The notes beneath the pieces are model-generated. The model saw only the letters and a program-made list of their open reading frames with translations, did not search any database and had not been told where the DNA came from. A stretch of 64,000 bases of DNA from Octopus sinensis (lineage: Eukaryota): contig NC_043020.1 of assembly GCF_006345805.1 (NCBI RefSeq), positions 25,792,001 to 25,856,000 on the forward strand, given 5' to 3'. Position 1 is the first letter of the stretch; each line of letters starts with the position of its first letter. Of this stretch, positions 28,174-40,832 are shown piece after piece. The translations under genes and the position numbers were made by a program.

Positions 28174-28488
28174 TATATATTAGTCATACGATATAGTGTA
28201 TATTTAAACACATAAGGAAACCACTTATAGGGATTCTACATGCTAGAAAGAACAGCTAGGTTCTATAACCACAAAAATTGGGGGATAAATTTGACAGGAA
28301 TAAATTTGGAAATGAAAAATATTTACCATCTACTTCAAATGTTTTTCATTTCCAAATTTATTCCTGTCGAATTTTATCCCCCAATTTTTGTGGTTATAGA
28401 ACCTAGCTGTTATTTCTAGCATGTAGAATCCCTATAAATGGATTCCTTATGTGTTTAAATATACACTATATCGTATGACTAATATATA
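28174..28488. repeat. Near-perfect fold-back (inverted repeat, ~150-bp arms, ~12-nt loop)
   Basis: 28174-28324 is the reverse complement of 28337-28488 with only a few mismatches. Confidence 0.95.
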
Positions 28489-28610
28489 GTCTTTTTGACA
28501 AAATTTTTTTACACGTTAGACCACTGGAAATGTAAATTTTAATTAAATGTTTTTAATTGTAATTAAATTCCATTTCCCTTTGATATGGTTATATATATAT
28601 ATATAAAGAG

Positions 28611-28659
<49 letters not shown>

Positions 28660-29081
28660 TAGAATATACTTGGATTCAAGCATATACACATACATAAATA
28701 TAAGCGCTGAGATACATTGGCCGTTTGGCAGATATCATAGTGTCGGAGAAAAGACCGCTTGGTATTTGCTTAATCATGCCGTCCTTTCAGATTCTATCTT
28801 AATCAACATACTCGTTCATCGTTCCGGCAGCGATAAAATAAATCTTGATACCAGTCGTATACCGAGAACGATTTCATCAACTAAAATTGAGATTAACCGA
28901 CGATGTTCACGTTTGAATTACAGACACACACACCAATTCATGGTCATAAGCACACTTTCTGATTAATCACCTTCAAGAAAGAGGTACGAGTCGCCGCTAG
29001 GCTACGAAATACTAATACCTCAACATGTCAAAAAGTCACAGCAGAAACACCACTAGGAATTCGAACAATAACATATAATAT

Positions 29082-29124
29082 GGCGGTGCCCCAGCAAGGC
29101 CACAGCACATGAGCTGAAACTAGA
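29082..29124 (+). mobile_element. Isolated CR1-LINE/SINE 3' tail
   Basis: GGCGGTGCCCCAGCAAGGCCACAGCACATGAGCTGAAACTAGA; similar stubs at 21446-21500 (+), 31598-31637 (-) and 35309-35350 (-). Confidence 0.7.
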
Positions 29125-29185
29125 ATCAATCAATCATATATATATATATATATAGATATATATATATATACATTTGTACATATAC

Positions 29186-29216
<31 letters not shown>

Positions 29217-29553
29217 CATACGTACATACATACATACATACATACAGAGAGGAAGAGAGAGAGAGACAAATAGAGAGGGGTGGTGAGAGCTGGAGGAAGA
29301 CGGAAGAGGGAATTAGATATAGATGTATGGTGGTGTTTATTTTTTTGCTAAGTTATAATAAAAACAATTCAATAATGACTTCGAAATCATTGCCAATGCT
29401 ACTGTTTGTGAAGAGCAGTAGATAAATAAATAAATACATATATTATATATGTATATATATACATAATAAAAATACTTCCATTTATACTTAATATACCTAC
29501 CTACACAATATATGTGTGCGTGAGGCCTGTGTCTATATATATATACATATATA

Positions 29554-29606
<53 letters not shown>

Positions 29607-30263
29607 TATATATTACATATATATATATACTTATATCTATATGTATATATATATATATTAGTATAAAAATACACACACACAGACATATATAATATATATA
29701 TAATATATATATATAACACGCTCATATATCAATATTTTTATCTGAGAATGATGATCTCCATAGGATTATTGAAACGTACGTAATGAAATTTTCGCGTCAC
29801 CATTAATTGTTTTCTGTTTATATCCCATACACAAACAAACACACTCACACAAACACAAACACACAAACACACACACGAACGCAGGCATATATGCATATAT
29901 ACACGCATGCTTACACATACCAATTCACGAAGAAATGGAGATTAGAAGGAAAGAAAATAACACACAAGGTTCAACATAACATCCTATACGCATGCCTCAT
30001 TTCCTTATTCACGAGATAATTCTTCATATCATCAAAACCGATGTATTCTACAAGACCTCCATCAAATTTTCTTCTTGGATAAACACGTCCTTCTCTGCGT
30101 AAACAAACAAACAAACAGCCACAGACATATATACGTATTCTCATATAAATACGATGGCATTTACACACACAAATGAACAAACACAAAGAAGTATGCATAA
30201 ATATACATGTCAAAATACATAGCCACCTAAAATATTATGTCTATATGTATGTATATATATATA

Positions 30264-30295
<32 letters not shown>

Positions 30296-30642
30296 GCATG
30301 TATATATGCTTATATGCACACATACATACGTATATACATACATATATATATAAGCATATATATACATATATAAATACATATATATATACACATACATATA
30401 TATATATTTACATATGTATATATACGTACATGCATATATATATATATACATATACGTATACATGAATATATGTGTGTACGTATGTATCTATATATCCATT
30501 CATCTATCTATCTATCTATCCTCTCTCTCTCGCTATGTGTCTCTATTTATATACATATATATATATATATATATATGTATACAAATATATATAATATATA
30601 TATATAATGCTATACATATTATATACATATACATATATATAC

Positions 30643-30713
<71 letters not shown>

Positions 30714-31145
30714 CATAACTGTCGAACAACAAGAATGAATGTCCAACATCGCATTGACAAACAACCCCTGACACACACCACACCACCACACACAGAAAAG
30801 ACACGCACAAATTGAATACCAAATCACACACAATCACCAGCATTCTTATGTTTACAGGAAGGATGATAATTCGTAATTCGAGAAAAAAAACATTTATAAA
30901 GGTGCAATAAAGGTGATTAATTCTTTCTACCAATTTTCCTATGCGAAAAGATTTAAATATTTAAAGAAACAATTTCTGTTTATATACATTCTGCTATTCT
31001 TAAATCTTCTTATCAAACACAGGAGGAATTGAATAGAACAGAATATGGAGAAAAACATTCGTTGTTGAGTACACGACATGTTCTTTCACTTGTGGTTGTT
31101 CTAAATCATCTCCTTTCTCCGACATTTTTTGTCTGTCTGTCTATG

Positions 31146-31177
<32 letters not shown>

Positions 31178-31207
31178 TGTATGTATGTATGTATGTATGT
31201 ATGTATG

Positions 31208-31242
<35 letters not shown>

Positions 31243-31371
31243 ACATTTATCTTTCTAATTATCTATGCGTCTATCTATCTATTTGTTTATTTGTTTGCCT
31301 GTATACACCTCCACATGTATCTCTCTCACTCTTTCTTTCTCTGTCTGTCTGTACGTCTCTCTGTCTGTCTG

Positions 31372-31437
<66 letters not shown>

Positions 31438-32142
31438 CAGCAAAATATAGATTCAGATGAATATGTTACTTAAGTCAAAGGCACCAGAATTTTGTATGGT
31501 ATTATCCATATAAATCCATGGGGTGATTACAATCAAAATAAACAACAAGTATATCCGAGGTATACATATACATATATATTTTTATTTTTATTTTATCTAG
31601 TTTCAGCTCACGAGCTGTGGCCATGCTGGGGCACCGCAATATAAATATATGTTATTTATGAATGCAGAGTAATTTCCGGCCTCAGCGCGCCAAAGGGAAG
31701 ACATTTGAAAGATATACCCAAATATAATTTGTAGAACTTTATACATATTCGATTTCGGTTGAGCGTTCTGTATCTTGTTCTGGAAATTGTGTTTTGTAAG
31801 CGACAGACTACGCAGACGGTCTTGCAGATGTCTGCGAGTTTGCAATCGTAGATATTAACAAGTGAAACCATTGGTACGTAGGTAACCGTTTTTTATTTCG
31901 TATATTTTCATTTGCTCTTTTTTACGTGTTGGCGTTTTGCATGTTGGCGTATTGCAGAAATTTTTCGTTTTGTATGTTGGCATTTTACATGTTGGCGTAG
32001 TAATGGGAGATTTGACGCCTATGTTTAGCATATTAGGTATCCACTTTAGTGGTCATTCCTCTTAATTTTGTATATATATATATATACATAGGTAGATAGA
32101 TAAATACGCAGACATTTGTGCGTATATATATATATATACAAA

Positions 32143-32292
32143 TAGGCGCAGTAGTGGCTGTGTGGTAAGTAGCTTACTTACCAACCACATGGTTCCGGGT
32201 TCAGTCCCACTGCGTGGAACTTTGGGCAAGTGTCTTCTACTATAGCCTTGGGCCGACCAAAGCCTTGTGAGTGGATTTGGTAGACGGAAACT
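32143..32292 (+). mobile_element. CORE-type SINE family B, 5' part
   Basis: TAGGCGCAGTAGTGGCTGTGTGGTAAGTAGCTTACTTACCAACCACATGGTTCCGGGTTCAGTCCCACTGCG..TTTGGGCAAGTGTCTTC. Confidence 0.9.
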
Positions 32293-32304
32293 CCGTGCTT
32301 ATAC

Positions 32305-32349
<45 letters not shown>

Positions 32350-33076
32350 GCTTCTTATTTTTGTACAAGAGAAGCAACTTTTCAAATGTGGCTTTTACGT
32401 GATGCCAATCGACCTAAGGTTTTGTTAGGTTCTCAGTTAAGACAAGCTTAACCACGGTGGAATTTGAATGCAGTAATTAAGGGCCAAAAAGAAATGCGTT
32501 TGAAAGCAGTTTTTCTCAACTTCCTAGCACAAAAATGGAAGCCAATATTGCAGAATTATATGGAAAATAGATTTTCCGTGCAAAGTAACTTAGAGATGGC
32601 GAAAAGGAAAGGTCAGAAGAAGACAGAACCATCTCGCATACATTAAAATAAACACGCCCACGAACATAGATGCATATTAATGATATTAATATATTATTTG
32701 TGTAAGCTTAGTTTCATATATACACAAGCTTGCGAGCGTGCACACACAGATTTATATACACACTTGCATGCACACACATACAAACAATTACGCACACACA
32801 AACATGCACGCATGCGTATGACATACTTTTAATTTCCTGTGTCATTTCGATGCGGTAATCATGATATAGATGTATGTGTAGAGGCAAACACACAAGCTTA
32901 CAAACACACGCACACACACAAATACACATACAATCATGCACACACACACACAACAAACTTCTCTCTCTTACACACACATATATACATATATATGTATATT
33001 TATGCATACATTCACATAAACACACACACACACATATATATATATATAAATTTATATGTTCATATATATATATATA

Positions 33077-33107
<31 letters not shown>

Positions 33108-33231
33108 TATATATACATACAAATACATAAATTCATATATGTTTGTGTGTGTGCGTGTATGTGTCTGTGTCTGTGTATGTGTGACTACCTATGTATGGGG
33201 ATATATATAATATGTATTGTTATATATACAC

Positions 33232-33264
<33 letters not shown>

Positions 33265-33736
33265 ATATATAATATATAAACATACATATATATGTGTGTG
33301 TATATATATATATATATATATGATATATATATATACATATATATATATTATTTATATATATGCATGCAGAGAAGAGAGAGAGAGAAAAAAAAAGAGGAGG
33401 AGAGAGAAAGAGGTGGGAGACAACAGACAGAAATATGCTTCACATAGACACATTAATTCATCCCCAAAACGAGGCACTAATCACGAGATGGCTCAATAAG
33501 CAATTCAAAATAAATTAAATTTGATGAAGAAATGGCTGCCTCCATGTGAAAGGTGGAACGGAAATTAAAGAAACACTCCAACAGAACATACAAATTAGAT
33601 ATGTGCCTATTACCTGTGCATCCGGTCACTCACAAAGAACTATATATGCATGTATGTATTTATATATATAATATATATATATATTATATATATATATAAT
33701 ATATAATACTATAATATATATACAGACATATATATA

Positions 33737-33778
<42 letters not shown>

Positions 33779-34027
33779 GCACTATATCTATATCTATCTA
33801 TGTATCTATCTATCCATCTATATGTATATATATATGTATATACTTACGTGTGTGTCTATATATATATATATATGTATGTATGATGCATAATATAATGATG
33901 CTACTTAAAAAAATCAGAAACTCTTGAGAAAAGACCGATTGAATTATACATGGAAAGTATCTTAACAGCAATGAGATAAGTAAACTCCAAATGTAATAAC
34001 ATTCTCCATCTTCCGCAGAGAAGAAGC

Positions 34028-34078
<51 letters not shown>

Positions 34079-34511
34079 CACCACACACACACACATATAC
34101 ATATATAAATATGGTATTTTTGTATAAGCTTAAAGCTTATGGCGATGACCGTGCAATGACTAAGAAAAGTAGTCTAATAAAGGGGTATATAAGCCCTCGA
34201 CAGAATAAATGATGGCTTATCTTAGGTAAAACACTTGCGTTAACAAAGGGTTGTGGGTTCGAGTTCCACGCGAAAAGGAAAGCCTTCATTTTTTTCTGTC
34301 GAGGGCTTATATGTTCTTTTATTAGACTATTGTCCTTCTCATTGCACGGTGATCGCCATAAGCTTTTAGCTTATATCAAAAAATACCATTATAGTTATTT
34401 ACAGGATTGTAATACACGTATAAAAATCCACCGCACCGAAAAAAAAATATATATACACACACACACACACACACCACACACACACACACACAAACTCACA
34501 TGTAATATGGA

Positions 34512-34733
34512 CCCAAACGACCGGTTTCCGAGTCTCCGTGGCATATAGGAACCCCCCCCCCCCACAACCTGAGCGGAAGGCCAATACGTTGCAGGATTAC
34601 TCATCGTTATCTGAGGGGGCTGGAGTAACGTGAAATGTAGTGTTTTGTTCAGAAACACAATGCATCGCTCGGTCCGGGAGTCGAAACCGCAATCTTACGA
34701 TCATGAATCTAACATTCTAACCACTAAACCACG
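34512..34733 (-). mobile_element. Degenerate RTE-tailed SINE variant
   Basis: CCGGTTTCC..GGCATATAG tail; CGGTCCGGGAGTCGAAACC..CTAACCACTAAACC tRNA-like head. Confidence 0.6.
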
Positions 34734-35826
34734 AGATTCTTCATTAATGATAACGATCGTTTCAACATATCTTGCATCGATCCATCGTGATTAATAAAGA
34801 ACCTCGTGAATTCCATTTCCTGTTTCTCCTGTTTGATATATATTCGACGAACACTGAGGAATTATGTAGGTAGGTTCAGCAAAACGCTTATATCAATACT
34901 GTAGATGACATCAGGTAACCGTAGACAGTGAAAGTGCTTTAATCGGCATACTACTAGATATTTACTCAAGCTTTACGTAACTGTGTGTGTATGTGTGTGT
35001 TAAGGGTAACAAACTAAATAAGCAAAGATTCTCTCAAAATTAACGTATTACAAAAGCAGTGTAATTAACGCACGTAAATCTACAGGACGCGCAACACCAC
35101 CCGTGTTCATACAGTGAACTAGTCAGGCGGCTACTGGATATTCAAATTCCCCTGGAAATTCATCCGGATTAAACGGGGTACTGAACAATCAGACTACTCT
35201 AATTGAAATGTTTTACAAAATCCTGCGCAGTTTGCGTGGAATTTTTTTAAGTATGCTTTCACACAAATGTATGCGTGTATGTGTTTTATTTATTTTATTT
35301 TATTTTATCTAGTTCCAGCTCACGAGCTGTGGCCATGCTGGGGCACCGCCATTTGGTGTTGCTACATAATTTTACTTCACGAATGCTTTTTAGCAATTGT
35401 CATTTGGTGCATGAGGGAGTTCGATGCAGCTGCCCTCATCTGCACCTCCTGCCGTGAAGTTGGTTCATCTGGGACACCTGACAGGAAGAGATCCAGTGTG
35501 TGTGTGTGTGGTGTGTGTTTGCGTCGTATGTGGTGTATTTATCTATGTGCATCATTGTATCTGTGTCTGTCCCCAGTACCGCTTGACAAACGGTATCGGT
35601 GTGTTAACGTTCCCGTAACTTAGCGGTTCGGGAAAAGAGACCTATAGAGTAAATACTAAGCTTAAAACATAAATATGCTTGATAGAATTTGGTCGACCAG
35701 ATCGTCAGAAATCTGCGACAGAAATAGATAATTCTCGTGCGACTCTGGCCAAAATTTCGTTGACATGTCCGGACACTCAACATTTTAATTTCTCTAGAGG
35801 GAACGAATATTTCTTGCAGTTTCCAT

Positions 35827-36218
35827 TACTCTTTTACTCTTTTACTTGTTTCAGTCATTTGACTGCGGCCATGCTGGAGCACCGCCTTTAATCGAGCATC
35901 TCGACCCCGGGACTTATTGTTTGTAAGCCCAGTACTTATTCTATCGGTCTCTTTTGCCGAAACGCTAGGTGACGGGGACATAAACACACCAGCATCGGTT
36001 GTCAAGCAATGCTAGGGGTGGGGGACAAACACAGACATATAAACATACATATATACATACATATATATACATATATACGACGGGCTTCTTTCAGTTTCCG
36101 TCTACCAAGTCCACTCACAAGGCTTTGGTCGGCCCGGGGCTATAGTAGAAGACACTTGCCCAAGGTGCCACGCAGTGGGACTGAACCCAGAACCATGTGG
36201 TTGGTAAACAAGCTACTT
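35827..36218 (-). mobile_element. CORE-type SINE family B; its 5' end is displaced to 38431-38466 by an insertion
   Basis: Full tail and body ending GGTTGGTAAACAAGCTACTT; resumes as GCAAGCTACTTACCACACAGCCACTCCTGCGCCT at 38433. Confidence 0.9.
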
Positions 36219-38433
36219 TATTTCAAAACATTTGCCATAAAGGCAGTACACAGATTAAGTTAGCTTTGCGAGCTGGACGAGGACATTAATGAGGTGAATG
36301 ATAATGAAAGAAAGATGATAAGGATGGGAGAAGACAAAAAGCGCCCGCCGGCTTTCGCTTCTCTAAAACATTGTTCTTTTTAAAGATAAACACAAAACGA
36401 GGTATTAAACCTCTTACAATTTTTCCAATTTTGGACTTAGCAGTCCATTATTAATACAAAACGAGGTATTAATCCTCTTACAATTTTTCAATTTTTGGAC
36501 TTAAGTCCATTACTAATAATAACAGTTCAATAATTACATATCGTCCTCGAAATAGCTTGTGCCCGCGCCCTCCACCATCAACCACGCCTCCCTCAGAACG
36601 TAGTCAAGTTCCGAGTTCGCGTCGCCCGGGACCAAGTTATAATCTTCATTGAGCTCCTTTAGCCCAAGCGTCACGTCGAACGCCACGGCCTCCACAGCTA
36701 CCTGCGGAGGCCATTCGGGGTCCTGTGTGAAAGCTAAAGGTGCTCCCTTGTAGTGCTCTTCCATCACTTTTTCAATTTCTCCTCCTCTATAGAAGAGGAC
36801 CAATACGTTCAGTTCTTTCGTTGGCGGCACAGTCCCGCCAACGGTATTCCTTCTCTTGTCGGTGGCACAACCCCAACCGACGTAGTTCCGGGACATTCCG
36901 GTGCTACACTGGCAGCCGGTAATGTCCCGTCTTTCTTCCTCTTTTTCTTTTTTTCCCTTTTCACTGAGGGAGGGTGCGTCTCCTCCGTGGCTGGAAGATT
37001 CGCCTTCTCTCCTCATCCCTATTATCCTTTGGTGAGCACCCATTGTTGCTCACCTTCCTCTTTCGGCCTCTGTTTGAGGAGTCCTCTGCTTTCTCGGCCG
37101 TTATCGTTCCCTTCTAGAGGGGTTTTACTTGACTGTTCCGGGATCCTATTTTGTTCCCGAGGACAGTTCTTCTTTATGTGGCCGGACTCCAAGCACCGAT
37201 GACACTTAGGGGGCCACCCTCAAGCATCACCGGGTACCTGCACCCGGCCATTTTCAAAAAATCTGGAAGAACCAGATTGGCTGATTGGGTCCACAGGGTC
37301 AAAATGCTTTTGACCCAACCCAAGCAGCCGCAGGAAGAACTTTTACATTGAGGAGCTTAGTTTCGCGCTGTCACCCAGACCCGGCGGATAGTCTTCTCTA
37401 TCTACTATCCGGGTTCTATGTCGGGTGGCAATCCGCAGATCCAAGCTTTCATCAATTTCTTTTTTTTGTACGTGGGCAGGAATAAGATTTCCTTACCCTC
37501 CAGGGGTTTGCTAGCAAATTTGCAAGCCTCTTCAGGGGTGTCAAATAGCAACCACACCGTTGCATATTTGACACCCCTGGAAATGAATTTAATTGTTGGC
37601 AAATACTCTTCCAACTCCTCCTCAATTGCCGTCTTTTCGAATAAGGCGATGGTGTCGAGTGCTTTGGAGTAGGTTCTCAACACCACCGTCCTATCTTCAC
37701 GGTCTTTTAACCACTTTTTAGGTGGTATGATTTCCCACTCCAAAATTTTGTTATTATCATTGCCATGTTTTTTTTTAAATATATTCAAATTAAACTCAAA
37801 AAGCAGGAAGAAAAAAGTTCAAAAGTCCAAATAAAATTTGATAGATTTTTGAAAAAACAAAAAGGAGAAAGCACAACAAAAGGGAAGAAATCAACGAAAA
37901 GTCGCAATAAAGAAAAAAAACAAAAGGGGGTGTTAAATGAAGTTCAAAAGAAAGTTAATAAACAGAAAAAACACAGCAAAAATATTCTGGCCTTGCGGTA
38001 CTCCCGGCCTGGGTTGAACCTGGAACGCCGCAACTGCAACACAACCTCCACAAAAATGGGTCCGAAAGGTAATCCAATAGTGGCTTATTTTTATAATTTT
38101 CTTGCGAAGTAGTAGTTTTCACAATTCATAAAAGTTCTTCACAGCACAATACAATATTTACTCAATTTATCGAAGACGGATACGACCCCAAAAATTTTCT
38201 CAGCGAGAAAAATATATTTGCCACATGTCGGCAGAATCAGAATTCTGAATCCAGTAGGACTTCCTGCCTGTAAAAAACAATTCTCAACAAAAACTCCCAC
38301 TGGACCCAGAAAACAGAATCTTACCTTACATGGGGCTTCCAAAGTTTTCAATTCAAGACGGCTTCAATAGCACGTCTTCACCGCTTCAGTGCCAAACAAC
38401 ACTGACTCGCACATGCGCAGAAGCAACCGTTAG
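36219..38433 (-). mobile_element. ORF1-only (HAL1-like) non-autonomous L1/Tx1-type retroelement, 2215 bp, with TSD
   Basis: TSD CAAGCTACTT at 36209-36218 and 38434-38443; 3' end ..GTTTTGAAATA(AA); gag-like ORF1; no EN or RT sequence. Confidence 0.75.
36534..37788 (-). pseudogene. Disrupted gag-like ORF1p (RRM-like region plus CCHC zinc knuckle)
   Basis: VWLLFDTPEEACKF..LPTY..AWICGLPPDI (RRM-like), LPDFLKMAG.RYPV, and knuckle KCHRCLESGHIKKNCP at 37160-37207; internal stops and frameshifts. Confidence 0.7.
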
Positions 38434-38859
38434 CAAGCTACTTACCACACAGCCACTCCTGCGCCTGCTGTAAAACCTTTTTTAGAATTCATAGAATATG
38501 CAACGTTTCATACGGGTTTGATTTCAACTCACTTTAAAAGGTTAAAATCGATGTGAATTTAATCACTAAAATATAAAAGTAATCCGCAAAGAAGGAAGAA
38601 AAAATCCATTTAAAAGTAAAATTTTAGTTTATTTCACTGTAAGTTTTGGAAAAGGCATCCTCAAAGCAATTATGTCAGAAATGCAGCAAAACCTTCTTTC
38701 CAGTTTAATATGAAAACAGATGCACACATACATATATACATACATATATACATACATACATGCATACATACACATATGTATGTATGTACAGGGTGGTCCA
38801 AAAGTAGGTTTACAGTTATTAAAGTATCTCTTTCGCATTCATATATTCTTATATTCTTT

Positions 38860-39050
38860 TATTCTTTTAACTTGTTTCAGTCATTTTGACTGCGGCCATG
38901 CTGGAGCACCACCTTTAGTCGAGCACATCGACCCCCAGGACTTATTCTTTGTAAGCCTAGTACTTATTCTATCGATCTCTTTTGCCGATCCGCTACGTTA
39001 CGGGGACGTAAACACACCAGTATCGGTTGTCAAGCGATGTTGGGGACACA
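38860..39050 (-). mobile_element. CORE-type SINE family B, 3' half
   Basis: TTGTTTCAGTCATTTTGACTGCGGCCATGCTGGAGCACC..ACACCAGTATCGGTTGTCAAGC. Confidence 0.85.
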
Positions 39051-39173
39051 CACACACACATACATACATACATACATACATACATTCATACATACATACA
39101 TACATACAATACATATATATATATATATATATAATATATATATATATATATAATATTATATATATATATATAT

Positions 39174-39194
39174 AGTTCAAGATGGCGCTGAACT
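39174..39194 (+). promoter_or_regulatory. YY1-like motif (CAAGATGGCG) inside a small inverted repeat at the putative LINE 5' end
   Basis: AGTTCA AGATGGCGC TGAACT directly after the (TA)n tract. Confidence 0.4.
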
Positions 39195-40832
39195 AACAAC
39201 AAGTGTGTTAACGTGTCTCTCCTAAATATTAAAGAAGTCCTTCCAGAGATCGATGTAGTCAGAAGCGAAATTGTCTGCAAAGCGAATATAAGTGAGAGTA
39301 CAACAAGTCACTGTATTTGAGAAGAATATTTTCGCTTTTGATATAGTATTTGCAACTAGAACATACTCGCGAATACACGTGTTAAAACGCACGTGTGTTA
39401 CTTCCCGAAATCGAAGTGAATTTTATTCTTCGTCTGTGAATCAACAAGACACAGTATTTTTGAGTAGGATATTTTCGTTTTTGATGTATATCTGCGTGTT
39501 CTGAAAAAAGCCTCTGAAAAATTTGCTGCTTAATACCAAATCGCTTAGGAAAATATAGAAAGTATCGTCAAACTGTTGCATGTGCGAAATCGGAACTCAA
39601 ATCCCTTTTGTTTACAAAATACGATTAAGGAATATAAAAGGTCTGTCTTATCTATCTATCTTCCTTTCTTATAAAAAGGAATCACGTAAGTACTCTCTCA
39701 GCCGGTAAGGTAAGGAAGATATTATTTATTTGTTATCATTAGTGTTCTTTCAAACAGAAAATAATAATAAAAAAAAAAGATATAAAAATATAAAAATACG
39801 CGCTATTCTATCTTTATAATTTCGTCCTCCGTGCCTGCCACACACTCTCTTTCTCTTTCTTACATTTCTATTTCTATCTCTCTCATACATTTTTATTATT
39901 TGTTATCATTAGTGTTCTTTCAAACAGAAAATAATAATTAAAAAGATATAAAATTCGCGATTATCTATCTAATAATCTCTCCTTCTCTTTCTTACATTTC
40001 TATTTCTATCTCTCTCATACAGTATACCTTATCTGTCTCCCCATCCACCAGACCCTCTATTTCCGCTCTCACTCTCCCCTCCTCTCTCTCTCTCCCTCTG
40101 CCATCGTTTCTCTTTCTGCATCTCTCTCAGATCAACTTTCTCTCACCTCACCCCCTCTCTCAGTTCCTCAACTTCACTCATTCTCTCTTGTATCTATATA
40201 CCGCTCTCTTTCTCTCTCTCTCTGTTACTCCCCCTCCCTCTCTCTGCCTCTTTCCTCTCCGCTCCTTCACAGGTCAAACCCCTTTTCCTCTTCCCCTTCT
40301 GTCCCCTTATTTCTTTCTCTACACCACCCTCCCTGTCCCTTTACTACACTCTGTTGCGCCCCCTCTCTCCCCCTTCCCCCTTTTTTCTTCCTACCTTTCC
40401 TCTCCCTGCTCCCTCTAAGGCTCACCACCCCCTGTCTCTTTTTTCCACTCTCTGTCTCCTTCCTCACAACACACCTCTCTGTCCCTTTACTTCACGCCCT
40501 GGTACCTCTATCCTGCCCTCTCTCTCTCTCCCTCTCCATTTCATCTCTCTCTCTCTCTTCCTCTCCATTTTATCTCTCCGCCTTTCTTCTCCTGCTCCCC
40601 CTAGGGTCCACCCTCTTGTCACTTTTCCACCCTATCCCTTTCTACTACACCTCTATCCCGCTCACTCTCCCCCTGCTGACCTGCCATTCTTTCTCCTTTC
40701 TCTTTTTTCCCTCTTATTTTCTCTCTTTCTCTCTTCTCTATCCCCCCTGGCTTTTCTCCTTTCTCTTCTCCCTCTCCATCTTATCTCTCCTTCTCTATCT
40801 CTCTCTCTGTTCCTATATTTCACTAGAAGAAA

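Noticed and set aside
33515-33575. UUGAUGA..AUGG/CCAU..GAAA hammerhead-like string
   Set aside because: Unpaired linkers on both sides of stem II and no valid stem III or NUH triplet
37765-38112. Lys-rich 115-aa plus-strand ORF
   Set aside because: Antisense reading of the U-rich 5' UTR of the ORF1-only element
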